This document shows, in pieces, positions 20,264-31,010 of a stretch of 64,000 nt of DNA (its first letter is position 1; every line of letters begins with the position of its first letter). The stretch spans positions 32,001 through 96,000 of the forward strand of contig JANRIL010000042.1 in the NCBI GenBank assembly GCA_033764955.1, written 5' to 3'. Below the pieces are notes generated by a model, which worked only from the letters and a program-made list of their open reading frames with translations, was not told the DNA's origin and made no database searches. Made by a program: the position numbers and the translations under genes. This DNA comes from Cyanobacteriota bacterium (GTDB taxonomy: Bacteria; Cyanobacteriota; Cyanobacteriia; Thermostichales; Thermostichaceae).

Positions 20264-21337
20264 ATGAATTACCAATCTTTAGGGGTTGATCGGTGGTTTG
20301 CTCAAGCGGTATTGGTAACAGCAACAGCCGTCAGCTTAGCCAGTTGGCCGACGGTGGTGCGGGCTCAACAGATTACGGATCCCAGTCCGGCGCAAGCCGC
20401 CACCAATGTTGTTCCCGAATCTCCGATTTCCGCTTCTTTTCGGGCGGTGGATGGGGTGGCGGTGCGCCCTGAAACCGTCAAGATTTTGGTGGATAACCGC
20501 GATGTCACCGCTCAATCCGTGATTACCAAAGATTTCTTTAGTTATCGTCCCACCACTCCCCTTAGTCTGGGCCGACATGAAGTCCTGCTGGAGTTTACCA
20601 ATACCCAGGGGGTAACTCGCCGTGTGGCGTGGGGGTTTGAAGTGGGAAATCCCATCAAAGCCACTATTGATTCAGTGGTGCATAACGCCGCCAACCGCGC
20701 CTTGGCCGCCGGAGAAATCATGCTGGTGACCGTGAAAGGGACTCCCGCCAGCAAGGTGAATGTCTATCTGGTTCAGGATGGGCAGAAGGTACAAAATCTG
20801 ACGGCTCAAGAGGTGGATCCAGGTATTTATGTGGTGAATGCCTTAATTGAGTCAAAAGACACGACCAAAGAAGGGATCCTGATTGCCCGTTTGGAAAACA
20901 GTGGACAGGTCAAGTTTGCCACAGCCGAGCAGGCGGTACGGCTGGTTCAAGGGGCGACGGCGGGTGTGCAGCGCCTCACCACCCAGGAGGTGAATGCTTC
21001 ATTAGCCCAACAACTGACGGGTAACCAACTGCAACCCCAGATCACCAACTATCGGGATGGGGATCGCATTTCCGGATCCTCCTTCGTCTTGCAGGGGAAA
21101 ACCCTCCCCAATGCCTCGGTGCAAGTGAAGGTGAATGCTGAGAACAACCTAGGGGGCATCATCAGCGCCCAGCGCACTCTGGTGAATCAATCGGTACAAG
21201 CCAATAGCCAGGGGATTTTTAGCATTACGATCACGCCATCTGTTCCGGCGGCGGGCACGGTTTATCGGGTGGAAATGAAGTCCACCGCCAATGGACAAAC
21301 CAGTCCGACGGTATCGTTGCAATTGGTGCAGCAATAG
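20264..21337 (+). CDS. Exported beta-rich protein with probable Ig-like domains
   Basis: Signal peptide ending VRA-Q; beta-strand pattern with VKGTP/GKTLPNASV and ANSQGIFS segments. Confidence 0.75.
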   Translation: MNYQSLGVDRWFAQAVLVTATAVSLASWPTVVRAQQITDPSPAQAATNVVPESPISASFRAVDGVAVRPETVKILVDNRDVTAQSVITKDFFSYRPTTPLSLGRHEVLLEFTNTQGVTRRVAWGFEVGNPIKATIDSVVHNAANRALAAGEIMLVTVKGTPASKVNVYLVQDGQKVQNLTAQEVDPGIYVVNALIESKDTTKEGILIARLENSGQVKFATAEQAVRLVQGATAGVQRLTTQEVNASLAQQLTGNQLQPQITNYRDGDRISGSSFVLQGKTLPNASVQVKVNAENNLGGIISAQRTLVNQSVQANSQGIFSITITPSVPAAGTVYRVEMKSTANGQTSPTVSLQLVQQ

Positions 21338-21382
21338 GCTGCCTTTGGCTAAATCCTGAGGGATCCCTATGCTCTGGCGATT

Positions 21383-22744
21383 ATGGCAGTTGTGATCGCG
21401 GCTCCCAGTAGTCGTTCGGGCAAAACCACTATCACCCTGGCGTTGTTGGCGGCACTGCGGCGGCGGGGGGTGGTGGTGCAATCCTTCAAGGTGGGACCAG
21501 ACTATATCGATCCGATGTTTCATGAGGCGGTGACGGGTCTGCCCTGCCGTAATCTGGATCCCGTCCTCACCTCCGAGTCCTATGTCAAGGATTGTTTTCG
21601 CTACCACTGTCAGGGGCGGCATGCAGCCTTGATCGAAGGGGTGATGGGGCTATTTGACGGCAAGGCTAGCCCTCCCTCGTGGGGATCCCTGCCGGATCAG
21701 GGCAGCACGGCTCATGTGGCTCGTCTACTGGATCAGCCGGTGATTTTGGTGGTAGATGCCCGTGGTATGTCCACATCGATAGCAGCTTTGATCTATGGAT
21801 TTCGCCATTTGGATCGACGGGTCAAGCTGGCGGGGGTGATCCTAAATCGGGTGGGATCGCCGCGTCATGAGGAAATGTTGCGAATTGCTGTGGCCTCTCA
21901 ACATCTGCCTGTTTTGGGCTGTGTGGGCACGATACCGGAGATTGCCCTACCCAGCCGGCACTTGGGCTTAGTGCCTGTGGATCAACTGACAACTTTTGCG
22001 GAGATGCAAACCCGTCTGGCGGATCTGGCGGAAGCCGCTATGGACTGGGCACAACTGCTCCCGTTGCTGTGTGATTTGCCCCCGCCTGCGGATCCGCTCT
22101 GGGATCTGGATGGGGATCCTTTCCCTGGTCAATTGCCCCCCCGAATTGCCATTGCCTCTGATCAAGCCTTTAACTTTTACTACGCAGATCATATTGATTT
22201 GTTGAAGGCTAGTGGTGCTCAACTCTCGTTTTATTCCCCATTACAAGAGGGATTGCTGCCACGGGATCCCTGTGATGGGGTTTATTTAGGAGGGGGGTTT
22301 CCGGAGTTGTTTGCCTCCCAGCTCTCGGAACGATTTGTAGCCCATCCTTTGCCGCCGCGACTGCCTCTCATCTATGCCGAATGTGGGGGATTGATGGTGC
22401 TGGGCGAAACCCTGTGGGATCTGGCGGGGGATCCCTATCGCATGAGCGGGGTGTTGCCCTTGCAGACCAAGATGACCGAGCGCTTAACCCTTGGCTATCG
22501 CCATGCCCAAACCCTGCGAGCCACCCCCTTTTTTCCCAACCATCTCGCTTTAACCGGACATGAATTTCATCATTCCCAAAGCCTAAATGGTTCGATCTCC
22601 CCCATTTATGCCTGGGATAATCACCGCGAAGGTTGGGCTAGTGACCGCATTCATGCTTCTTATCTGCATCTGCACTGGGGATCTGCCCCGGTATGGGTGC
22701 AGCGCTGGCTGCGGCATTGTCAAGCACAAAGAGGGGAGCAATGA
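21383..22744 (+). CDS. cobB: Cobyrinate a,c-diamide synthase
   Basis: SGKTT, FKVGPDYIDP, EGVMGLFDG, LPSRHLGL, GGGFPE, YAECGG, GHEFH. Confidence 0.96.
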   Translation: MAVVIAAPSSRSGKTTITLALLAALRRRGVVVQSFKVGPDYIDPMFHEAVTGLPCRNLDPVLTSESYVKDCFRYHCQGRHAALIEGVMGLFDGKASPPSWGSLPDQGSTAHVARLLDQPVILVVDARGMSTSIAALIYGFRHLDRRVKLAGVILNRVGSPRHEEMLRIAVASQHLPVLGCVGTIPEIALPSRHLGLVPVDQLTTFAEMQTRLADLAEAAMDWAQLLPLLCDLPPPADPLWDLDGDPFPGQLPPRIAIASDQAFNFYYADHIDLLKASGAQLSFYSPLQEGLLPRDPCDGVYLGGGFPELFASQLSERFVAHPLPPRLPLIYAECGGLMVLGETLWDLAGDPYRMSGVLPLQTKMTERLTLGYRHAQTLRATPFFPNHLALTGHEFHHSQSLNGSISPIYAWDNHREGWASDRIHASYLHLHWGSAPVWVQRWLRHCQAQRGEQ

Positions 22745-22925
22745 CCGAAAACGTTAGGCATGGACAGGTTGATCCCTCTCAGCTCTATAAACTTATGGAC
22801 GTAAATTGCAACGAAATACTACGAATGTCGGACTTTCGTATTTACAAAGGATCACATCAAGGATCCCGAAGGCAGATTGAAGAGAAGAGGTCTATGTGGC
22901 CTTGGTATAGAGTATCACATTTGAG

Positions 22926-23255
22926 ATGTTCGCCCCTATGATGCCAACTGCTACCCTCAAGCCCGCTTCGGCCAGCCGTAAAGCTCTCTATTTGTGGAGA
23001 ATTCCCCTTAAGACTTTGCAACAGTGGCTCGATCACATTGAAATTCGGGATCCCCGTATAGCCCACTGGATTTGTCAGGTTCTGCCAGCCCAATGTCCAT
23101 TTGAGCGGGATATCGTTCTTTCGGGTCATAAACTCTTTCATATTCCCGCGATGTGTCAGATTAACCCTGTCTATGATCAATTGATGGGGATCCGTTTTCG
23201 GGCTTTATCCTATTTGGCGGAACAAGGTGAGGATATCACCCCCTACATCTCCTGA
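22926..23255 (+). CDS. Mo-nitro_C domain small protein (function unknown)
   Basis: PAQCPFERDI...HIPAMCQINPVYDQL..RFRALSYLA. Confidence 0.88.
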   Translation: MFAPMMPTATLKPASASRKALYLWRIPLKTLQQWLDHIEIRDPRIAHWICQVLPAQCPFERDIVLSGHKLFHIPAMCQINPVYDQLMGIRFRALSYLAEQGEDITPYIS

Positions 23256-23403
23256 AAACTCGGCACGAATTACGGCTCACCCCTCACCAGAAATTCCCCA
23301 AAATAGGCAGAGTCTCTAGCCGGAAAGACAAGCCCCAGGCATAATGGGCACACGTGACTATCACGCATTGTTTCCACATCAGACATTTTTAGGGATCCAG
23401 CAT

Positions 23404-24609
23404 ATGGGGCGGGCAAAAAAGGTTGTTTTGGCCTATTCAGGCGGTGTTGATACCTCTGTTTGCATTCCTTATCTGAAGCAGGAGTGGGGAGTAGAGTCGG
23501 TGGTCACGTTGGCGGTGGATTTGGGGCAGGGGGCTGAGTTAGATGCCATTCAAGCCAAAGCCCTCAAGTCAGGAGCCGAACAATCGTTGGTACAGGATGC
23601 CATTCTTCCGTTAATTACCGAATACGCCTTTCCGGCGATTCAAGCCAATGCCCTCTACGAAAATCGCTATCCCCTCTCGACAGCCCTAGCTCGCCCTCTG
23701 ATTGCTAAATTGCTGGTGGAAGTGGCTGAACAGGTGGGGGCGGATGCGGTGGCGCACGGATGTACGGGCAAGGGGAATGACCAGGTGCGTTTTGATCTGG
23801 CGATTGCCGCCCTCAACCCCAAACTGAAGGTACTGGCTCCGGCGCGGGAATGGGGGATGAGCCGTGAGGAAACCATTGCCTATGGCGAAAAATTTGGGAT
23901 CCCTTCCCCTGTCAAAAAATCCAGTCCCTACAGTATTGACTTGAATATCTTAGGGCGGAGTGCGGAAGCAGGGGTATTAGAAGATGCCAATGTGGAACCC
24001 CCGGAAGAGGTGTATGCCCTCACCCAATCGGTGTCAGCCGCCCCCGACCAACCCACCTACGTTGAGATCGCCTTTGAACAGGGGATCCCAGTGGCTCTGG
24101 ACGGACAACGGCTGGATCCCAAGGCATTGCTGCTCCGCCTCAACGAGCTAGCGGGGCGGAATGGGATCGGGCGTGTGGATATGATCGAAAACCGTCTGGT
24201 GGGGATCAAATCCCGTGAAATTTATGAGGTGCCTGGTTTGCTAACGCTGATTCTGGCGCACCGCGAACTGGAAACTCTGACACTGCCCCGCGAAGTGGCT
24301 CACTACAAATTGGGTATTGAAACCACCTACAGTCAGTTGGTCTATAACGGTCTGTGGTATTCTCCCCTACGCCAAGCTTTGGATGGATTTGTCAAGGCCA
24401 CTCAGGAACGAGTTACCGGTGTGGTGCGGATGCGGCTCTATAAGGGGCAGGCGGTGGCGGTGGGACGACAGTCTCCCTACTCCCTCTACGATGCCGGGCT
24501 GGCCACCTACGGCGAGGAGGATCAGTTTGACCACAAGGCGGCAGAGGGTTTCATTTATGTGTGGGGCTTGCCTACCCGTGTCTGGTCACAAACCCAAGGT
24601 CTCTCCTGA
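23404..24609 (+). CDS. argG: Argininosuccinate synthase
   Basis: [37 protein letters not shown]; likely start MGRAKK. Confidence 0.98.
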   Translation: MGRAKKVVLAYSGGVDTSVCIPYLKQEWGVESVVTLAVDLGQGAELDAIQAKALKSGAEQSLVQDAILPLITEYAFPAIQANALYENRYPLSTALARPLIAKLLVEVAEQVGADAVAHGCTGKGNDQVRFDLAIAALNPKLKVLAPAREWGMSREETIAYGEKFGIPSPVKKSSPYSIDLNILGRSAEAGVLEDANVEPPEEVYALTQSVSAAPDQPTYVEIAFEQGIPVALDGQRLDPKALLLRLNELAGRNGIGRVDMIENRLVGIKSREIYEVPGLLTLILAHRELETLTLPREVAHYKLGIETTYSQLVYNGLWYSPLRQALDGFVKATQERVTGVVRMRLYKGQAVAVGRQSPYSLYDAGLATYGEEDQFDHKAAEGFIYVWGLPTRVWSQTQGLS

Positions 24610-24768
24610 TACCGCTAGCTTGCCATTGATCGGGATCCCTCCATAAAAACAGGAAACGGGCGGCCTGCCCTTTCATCCATTCACCACCGTAGGAGCCGAA
24701 GTCAGCAGAGTAAACTAAGAAGAGCCGCTGGCTTTGCCCCTCAACCCCTTTGCCTGATATCTGCTGGA

Positions 24769-27141
24769 ATGGATGATCAACTGCTCACCGAAACCTTGCA
24801 CCTACTGGAATGGCCCCGCCTCTGTCTGCATCTCTCAACTTTTGCTGCCACCAAAATAGGTGTATTAGCCTGCCAACACTGGGATCCCTGGCGTTCTTGG
24901 GCGGAAACAGAGGTGCTTTTGGATGAAACCCAGGAAGCGATTCAACTGGACAGCACGCTGCCGGGGGGACTCTCGATGCAGGGGATCCATGATCTTTTGC
25001 CCCACCTAGAACGGGCTGAACGGGGGGGAGTGTTGCAGGGCAGTGATCTGATCCAGATTGCTGCCACCCTTGCCTCCGCCCGCCGCGTCCGTCGCACCAT
25101 TGATGATCGGCCTCAACTCCCCCGTCTGCAAGCCCTCCTGGGATCCCTACGCACCTATCCCGAACTGGAACAAGCCATTTTGCAAAGTTTGGATGAGCAA
25201 GGAACACTACGAGACAGTGCCAGCCCTACCCTACAATCTCTCCGTCAACAAGGGCGTCAACGCCGCCAGCAAATCCAAGCCCACCTACAACGCCTGATCG
25301 CTGACCGCCCCCAAGCCATCCAAGACTCCGGCATTACCCAACGGCAAGGGCGCTATGTGGTAGCGGTCAAAGCCAGCCACCGCGACCAGGTGCGCGGATT
25401 GATCCACGATACCTCCCAAAGCGGAGCCACCCTCTATGTGGAACCCTACAACACAGTTGATCTCAACAATCACCTCAAGCAGGAACAGGCGGCTGCCCAT
25501 GCCGAAGAACAACGGATTTTGCAAGACTTATCCCAGCAGGTGGCCGCCGTCAGCCCCGACTTAGAGGCATTGCAGGGGATGATGATTGGTCTGGATCTCG
25601 CCCTGGCTAGGGGGCGCTACAGCCTTTGGCTAGAAGGTAACCGCCCGCAATTTGTGGCCACAGGTTGGCGGTTACGGCGGGTCAGACACCCCCTGTTGCT
25701 CTGGCAAACCCAACACGACGATAGCCAAGCGGTGATTCCCGTCAACGTCACCCTGCGCCCGCAGATCCGGGTTGCTGTGATCACAGGTCCCAACACCGGC
25801 GGCAAAACCGTTACTCTCAAAACCCTAGGACTGTTGGTTTTAATGGCGAAAGCCGGACTATATATCCCTGCCCAGGATCCCGCCGAGTTGCCCTGGTTTA
25901 GCACCGTCTACGCCGATATTGGAGATGAGCAATCTCTGCAACAAAGTCTCTCCACATTCTCTGGGCATATTCGCCGCATCAGCCGCATTTTGCAGTCCCT
26001 TGCAGGGATAGAGGCCAACTCTGCCCTCGTGCTGCTGGATGAAGTGGGGGCAGGCACCGATCCGGTGGAGGGATCCGCTTTGGCTGCCGCCCTATTGCTG
26101 CATCTGGCGGATCAGGCACCCTTTACCCTAGCTACCACCCACTACGGCGAACTAAAAGCCCTGAAATATCAGGATGCCCGCTTTGAAAATGCCTCGGTCG
26201 AGTTTGACGAAGCCACCCTGGCTCCCACCTATCGCCTACTCTGGGGGATCCCTGGTCGCTCCAATGCCCTGACGATTGCCCGCCGCCTTCAGTTGGATGA
26301 AGGGGTGATTGCCCAAGCCCAAGCCCGCCTGACGGGAGAAGTGACTCAGGTGGATAGCGTGGTGATCGGCTTAGAGCAGCAACGAGCCGAATGGGAGCGA
26401 AAAACCCAAGAGGCAGAAAGCTTACACCGTCAACTGGAAGCCCTGCAACAGGAGATGCAAAGCCGCAGCCAACGCCTAGCGGAACGGGAAGCCCATCTGG
26501 AGCAGGAGAAAAACCAAACCATCCAGTCCGCCATTCAAAACGCGCGCGCCGAAATCGCTGCCGTGATCCGTCGCCTACAGCAGGGGGATCCCTCCGCCCA
26601 AGCCGCCCAAAAAGCGACCCAGGAGTTGGAGACGATTCAGCAACGCCACCTCTCCCCTCCCCCCGTCAGCGAAACCGAGTTTTTCCCAGAGGTGGGGGAT
26701 CGGGTGCGGCTGCAAGGGCTGCACCAAATCGGGGAGGTGATCGCCATCAACGGCGATGAACTAATGGTTCGCAGCGGTATTCTCAAATTCACCCTTACCC
26801 TCAGCCAGATTGCCCCCCTTGACGATCATCAAGCCAAACAGCGCCAACGCCCCAAACCCAGCAAAACCCCCACCCCCTCATCCCTCACCCCTGTCACCAT
26901 CCGCACCCGTCATAACACCCTCGATCTGCGGGGCAAAAATGTCGCCGAGGCCACCCACCTTCTAGAAAATCGGCTAGCGGAGGCTCCCGCCGGATCCCTT
27001 TGGCTCATTCATGGGCATGGCACAGGCAAACTACGGATGGGGGTTCAAGAATTCTTACGAAGCCATCCCCGTGTCGTCAATATGGCTGCCGCAGATGCCC
27101 AAGACGGAGGAGCCGGGGTGACCGTAGCCCAGTTGCGCTAA
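24769..27141 (+). CDS. mutS2: Endonuclease MutS2
   Basis: ITGPNTGGKT, DIGDEQSLQQSLSTFSGH, LDEVGAGTDP, C-terminal Smr domain IHGHGTGKLR. Confidence 0.97.
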   Translation: MDDQLLTETLHLLEWPRLCLHLSTFAATKIGVLACQHWDPWRSWAETEVLLDETQEAIQLDSTLPGGLSMQGIHDLLPHLERAERGGVLQGSDLIQIAATLASARRVRRTIDDRPQLPRLQALLGSLRTYPELEQAILQSLDEQGTLRDSASPTLQSLRQQGRQRRQQIQAHLQRLIADRPQAIQDSGITQRQGRYVVAVKASHRDQVRGLIHDTSQSGATLYVEPYNTVDLNNHLKQEQAAAHAEEQRILQDLSQQVAAVSPDLEALQGMMIGLDLALARGRYSLWLEGNRPQFVATGWRLRRVRHPLLLWQTQHDDSQAVIPVNVTLRPQIRVAVITGPNTGGKTVTLKTLGLLVLMAKAGLYIPAQDPAELPWFSTVYADIGDEQSLQQSLSTFSGHIRRISRILQSLAGIEANSALVLLDEVGAGTDPVEGSALAAALLLHLADQAPFTLATTHYGELKALKYQDARFENASVEFDEATLAPTYRLLWGIPGRSNALTIARRLQLDEGVIAQAQARLTGEVTQVDSVVIGLEQQRAEWERKTQEAESLHRQLEALQQEMQSRSQRLAEREAHLEQEKNQTIQSAIQNARAEIAAVIRRLQQGDPSAQAAQKATQELETIQQRHLSPPPVSETEFFPEVGDRVRLQGLHQIGEVIAINGDELMVRSGILKFTLTLSQIAPLDDHQAKQRQRPKPSKTPTPSSLTPVTIRTRHNTLDLRGKNVAEATHLLENRLAEAPAGSLWLIHGHGTGKLRMGVQEFLRSHPRVVNMAAADAQDGGAGVTVAQLR

Positions 27142-27329
27142 GGTCTAGGGATCCCGGTGTCTCTGACAATCCTGTTCGAAAATCTTGATAGGATAGAATC
27201 AAATTCTTAACCTAGGCAACTTTTAAACCCTGGTTTTGAGCCCCTAAACCTGGCTATTCCTGCCTGACCCCTTCCATCAACCCGCCCTTTCTGAGCTACT
27301 CAAAGCTCCCCCCACGCTCGGAGTAACGC

Positions 27330-28340
27330 ATGACTCACGTGTTGGTCATCGAACCAGAAGAATCATCCCTCCATCAAATTGTCAGCCTACTTGAGCAGCA
27401 GGGACTTCCCAGTTTGGCCGCCACCACTGCCAGCCAAGGTATGGAAATAGCCCATGAAAAGCAGCCCCAGGTCATTCTTTGTGCAACCACCATACCCGAG
27501 AGTAGTGGGTATGAAGTATTACAGACCCTCCGTCAGCAGGAGTCTACGGCCACTATCCCCTTTATCTTTTTGACGGCAGGGCCAGACCGTAACTCGATTG
27601 AGCAATGGGCTGGGCTGGGCATTACCAACTATGTCACCAAACCCGTCAACCGAGCGGAACTGCTGGGATCCATTCATGCCAGCCTTATCCATATCCAGCC
27701 GAACCCTGACCTGGAAAAACCCTCTGCCAGCTTCCTCTGCGCTAACCTGATCAACTCTGAGATGGAGAGCCGCTATCAAAACTGGTTTATTGCTCTAGAA
27801 GTTTCCAGTCAAAAATTCTTCCTGGGATCCACTATGCAGGAAGCCCATGAAGCCGCTTCGCAGGTGTTTCCGGGGAGTGTGTTTTACTATCGCCAGATTG
27901 GGGTCACCAAACCCTCGCCTATTGCCGAACCCGCCAAGGAACACTATGTTCTGCTGGTCAAACAGGCGGACTCTGAGCAGTCGTTTATGCTGCAAGAAGA
28001 AGCCTACTCAATTGGGCGCACCCCCAGTTGCTCGATATTTTTGGACAATCCCAAAATTTCTCGTATTCAGGCAATATTGCAGCGACATCCCTCCGGCGGC
28101 TACCAAATTATCGACGGTGATGGCACGGGTAATCGCAGCACCAATGGCACCTATATCAACGGCATCAAAATTGAGCGGCGTCTTTTACAGGATGGGGATG
28201 TGATTCTGTTGGGTCGTAGCGAAGTGTCCATCCGCTTTTATGAACCCGTCAAACCTGCCGAAGGTGGGGATCCCTTCCAGGATATTCCGGCCACAACCAC
28301 CATTCTTGACGATGACGGTTCTACCACAGAGCTAGGCTGA
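27330..28340 (+). CDS. Atypical receiver domain + small central domain + FHA domain protein
   Basis: REC fold (IPFIFLTA, YVTKP) lacking the acceptor Asp; FHA motifs IGR, SR, STNGTYING. Confidence 0.85.
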   Translation: MTHVLVIEPEESSLHQIVSLLEQQGLPSLAATTASQGMEIAHEKQPQVILCATTIPESSGYEVLQTLRQQESTATIPFIFLTAGPDRNSIEQWAGLGITNYVTKPVNRAELLGSIHASLIHIQPNPDLEKPSASFLCANLINSEMESRYQNWFIALEVSSQKFFLGSTMQEAHEAASQVFPGSVFYYRQIGVTKPSPIAEPAKEHYVLLVKQADSEQSFMLQEEAYSIGRTPSCSIFLDNPKISRIQAILQRHPSGGYQIIDGDGTGNRSTNGTYINGIKIERRLLQDGDVILLGRSEVSIRFYEPVKPAEGGDPFQDIPATTTILDDDGSTTELG

Positions 28341-28350
28341 ACAAGACAAT

Positions 28351-28659
28351 CTAAACAGCCGAGGCCGCCAAGCCCAAGATCCAAAAAATCTGTTGCTCAA
28401 TCTGCTGACGACTGTCGGAGCTAGCCGGATCCCTAGTCAGATGGCGATGCACCTGTACCAGAGACTCCAGTTCGTGAGCATACTGTTCAATTTCCGCATC
28501 TTCCACATACAGGCTAGACAACACCTCGTTTAAGTCGGCTTGTTCACTGGCGGGGATGGCAGCTCCGCTACGAAACAACCGCATCAAGCGATTTTGCTGC
28601 TGCCGCAGCAGACGCCGCACATAATAACTGGTCATCGGTGAGATTTTCATAGTCCGCAT
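28351..28659 (-). CDS. Hypothetical helical protein
   Basis: 102-aa ORF filling the intergenic space with protein-like composition; no family recognised. Confidence 0.65.
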   Translation of the reverse strand: MRTMKISPMTSYYVRRLLRQQQNRLMRLFRSGAAIPASEQADLNEVLSSLYVEDAEIEQYAHELESLVQVHRHLTRDPASSDSRQQIEQQIFWILGLAASAV

Positions 28660-28844
28660 AACACTTCAGACATTCAGGAACTTCGCATATCTTAACAATT
28701 TTGTAGCGAAGGCAACAAACAGTTGCTTGGGAAGCGTCCATCGATTTACCGGAATGGATGAGGTCATCTGAGAGTCTGAAGTAGCAGAGGGAGAGAAAAA
28801 GTTTCGTTACAATCATAAAAACCCTCCCCCTCGCCACTTGAGCC

Positions 28845-29054
28845 ATGCCCGAACCCACTAGCCCTCTCGTCTGGATGATTGTCCAACAACCGGATGGGCG
28901 ATGTCTGATCCACCCCTATCCAGAGGATGTTGCGGGGGTTAGATTGGCTGACCCAGCCTCGCATGGACAACAGTGGGGACCTTTTGTCTCAGAGCAGGAG
29001 GCGATTGTCCGCCGCGTCGGACTGATTCGAGCCGGAAAATGCCTACCTCTCTAA
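28845..29054 (+). CDS. Small conserved cyanobacterial protein
   Basis: W.IVQQPDG.C...WGPF.S..EAI.RRVGLIRAGKC.P pattern. Confidence 0.8.
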   Translation: MPEPTSPLVWMIVQQPDGRCLIHPYPEDVAGVRLADPASHGQQWGPFVSEQEAIVRRVGLIRAGKCLPL

Positions 29055-30226
29055 ATTTGCGCTGGTGTCATGACATTCGCCAAATCTCAGCGGAGGCTTG
29101 GCAGGCTTTGGTGACCCCTCAAACCTCGCCCTTTTTGGAATATGCCTGGTTAGCCGGACTGGAGAGTGCTGGCTGTGCGGCGGGCAAAACCGGGTGGCTG
29201 CCCTGTCATCTTCTGGTAGAACAAGCCGGACGGTTAGTGGCGGCGGCTCCCATGTATGTGAAAAGCCACAGCCAGGGGGAGTTTGTCTTTGATCAAGAAT
29301 GGGCGGGAGTAGCTCGCCAACTGGGGGAAGCCTATTATCCCAAACTGATTGGCATGGCTCCTTTTACCCCTGCCACGGGCTATCGTATTTTGGTTCATCC
29401 GACCGCTCAGGAAGCCGATCTCTGGCCTCTCATGCTCAATGCGATTGATCGGTTTTGTGAAGAGCAGGATATCTCTGTCTGTAGCTTTCTGTATGTGGAA
29501 TTGGGTTGGCGGGAGATTTTAGAACGGGATGGCTTTACGGCTCGCATCACCCACAACTACCAATGGCATAACCAAAACTATCTCACCTACGACGATTTTC
29601 TTCAGCAATTTAATGCCAACCAACGCCGCAACATCAAACGAGAACGGCAGGCGATGGAAAAGTCCGGCATTCAAATGCGGACTTACCAGGGATCCGCAAT
29701 TCCCCCCCACTTTTTTCCTCTCATGTATGACCTCTATAGCAACACCTGCGCCCAATTTTGGAATTGGAGTAAGTATCTCAACCGCCGTTTCTTTCAATCT
29801 TTAGAAAAAACCTTTCGGGATCGCACAGTGTTTATCGCGGGAGAACGGGAGGATGAGGTGGTGGGGATGTCCTTTTGTGTTCGCAAAGGGGATCGGATGT
29901 TTGGCCGCTACTGGGGTTGCCGCGAAGAGGTAAAATTTCTCCACTTCAACGCCTGTTATTATCAGCCGATTGATCTCGCCATTGAGCAGAGCCTTCAAAA
30001 TTTTGATCCGGGGGCTGGGGGTGCCCACAAAATTCGCCGTGGCTTTCCGGCGACTCCTGTCTATAGCTATCACCGCTTCTACCGACCCCGCCTTGCCCAT
30101 GTGTTGATTCCCCATTTGCAGCGGGTCAATCCAATCCTCTTGGCCGAGCTAGATCACGTTAATCAGAATGAGGTGCCGTTTCGGGAAGATATTCTGCCCA
30201 GTCTAGGGGCGCTGACAGATCGATAA
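29039..30226 (+). CDS. GNAT / FemAB-like (DUF482) protein
   Basis: PMYVKSHSQGEFVFD, YYPKL, PFTPATG, GRYWG, LHFNACYY, GAGGAHKIRRGF; likely start MPTSL. Confidence 0.92.
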   Translation: MPTSLNLRWCHDIRQISAEAWQALVTPQTSPFLEYAWLAGLESAGCAAGKTGWLPCHLLVEQAGRLVAAAPMYVKSHSQGEFVFDQEWAGVARQLGEAYYPKLIGMAPFTPATGYRILVHPTAQEADLWPLMLNAIDRFCEEQDISVCSFLYVELGWREILERDGFTARITHNYQWHNQNYLTYDDFLQQFNANQRRNIKRERQAMEKSGIQMRTYQGSAIPPHFFPLMYDLYSNTCAQFWNWSKYLNRRFFQSLEKTFRDRTVFIAGEREDEVVGMSFCVRKGDRMFGRYWGCREEVKFLHFNACYYQPIDLAIEQSLQNFDPGAGGAHKIRRGFPATPVYSYHRFYRPRLAHVLIPHLQRVNPILLAELDHVNQNEVPFREDILPSLGALTDR

Positions 30227-30323
30227 GGGATCCCTTGCACTCCGGGATCCCTGTTCTGTCCAGCAAATTCTGAGAGACTAGACCAGATGGGCTAAACTCA
30301 AAAGAATAGCCATCGCAGACTTT

Positions 30324-30977
30324 ATGCCTTCTTCCTCTTCCTCCCTTGACGTGCGTGAGTTGCCTCTTTTTCCCTTGCCGGAGGTGGTCTTGTTTCCGGG
30401 GCGGGTTTTGCCGTTGCATATTTTTGAGCCGCGCTATCGCATGATGATCAACACGATCATGGAATCGGATCGGCGGTTTGGCGTATTGATGATTGACCCG
30501 CAAACGGGATCCCCAGTCAAGGTGGGCAGTTGTGCCGAAGTTTTGCAGATCCAACGCTTACCGGATGATCGCATCAATATTCTCACCATTGGGCAGCAAC
30601 GCTTTCAACTATTGGATTATGTGCGGGAAAAACCCTTTCGGGTGGGGCTAATTCAGTGGATTGAGGACGATCCCACCGATGAGGATTTGCAAGATTTAAT
30701 GCTGGATGTTTCTACCCTTTTGGACGATGTGGTTAGGCTATCGGGCAAGTTGATGGAGCGCAACACCGAGTTACCCGAAAACCTGCCCAAAACCCCCATC
30801 GAATTGTCCTACTGGATTGCTGGCAATTTTCAGGGAGCGCCGGAAGAGCAACAGTCGTTGCTGGAATTGCGGGATACCGCCAAACGCCTCAAACGGGAGG
30901 CCGAGATTCTAGAATCTACCCGCAAACATTTGGCGGCTCGCACCGTCCTTAAGGATGCCTTCACCGAAATTTCGTAA
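30324..30977 (+). CDS. LON peptidase substrate-binding domain protein
   Basis: RELPLFPLPEVVLFPG..LPLHIFEPRYRMM; no protease or ATPase domain. Confidence 0.93.
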   Translation: MPSSSSSLDVRELPLFPLPEVVLFPGRVLPLHIFEPRYRMMINTIMESDRRFGVLMIDPQTGSPVKVGSCAEVLQIQRLPDDRINILTIGQQRFQLLDYVREKPFRVGLIQWIEDDPTDEDLQDLMLDVSTLLDDVVRLSGKLMERNTELPENLPKTPIELSYWIAGNFQGAPEEQQSLLELRDTAKRLKREAEILESTRKHLAARTVLKDAFTEIS

Positions 30978-31010
30978 CCCCGCCTGTTGCCTTTCCCTCA
31001 GGACATTCTC

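Noticed and set aside
22926..23255. Nitrogenase gene
   Set aside because: The Mo-nitro_C domain name does not imply nitrogenase activity, and there are no nif genes in the window.
28845..29054. Transposase fragment (this small family is sometimes labelled DDE transposase)
   Set aside because: 69 aa, no DDE motif, no terminal repeats; it overlaps the GNAT gene like a normal operon member.
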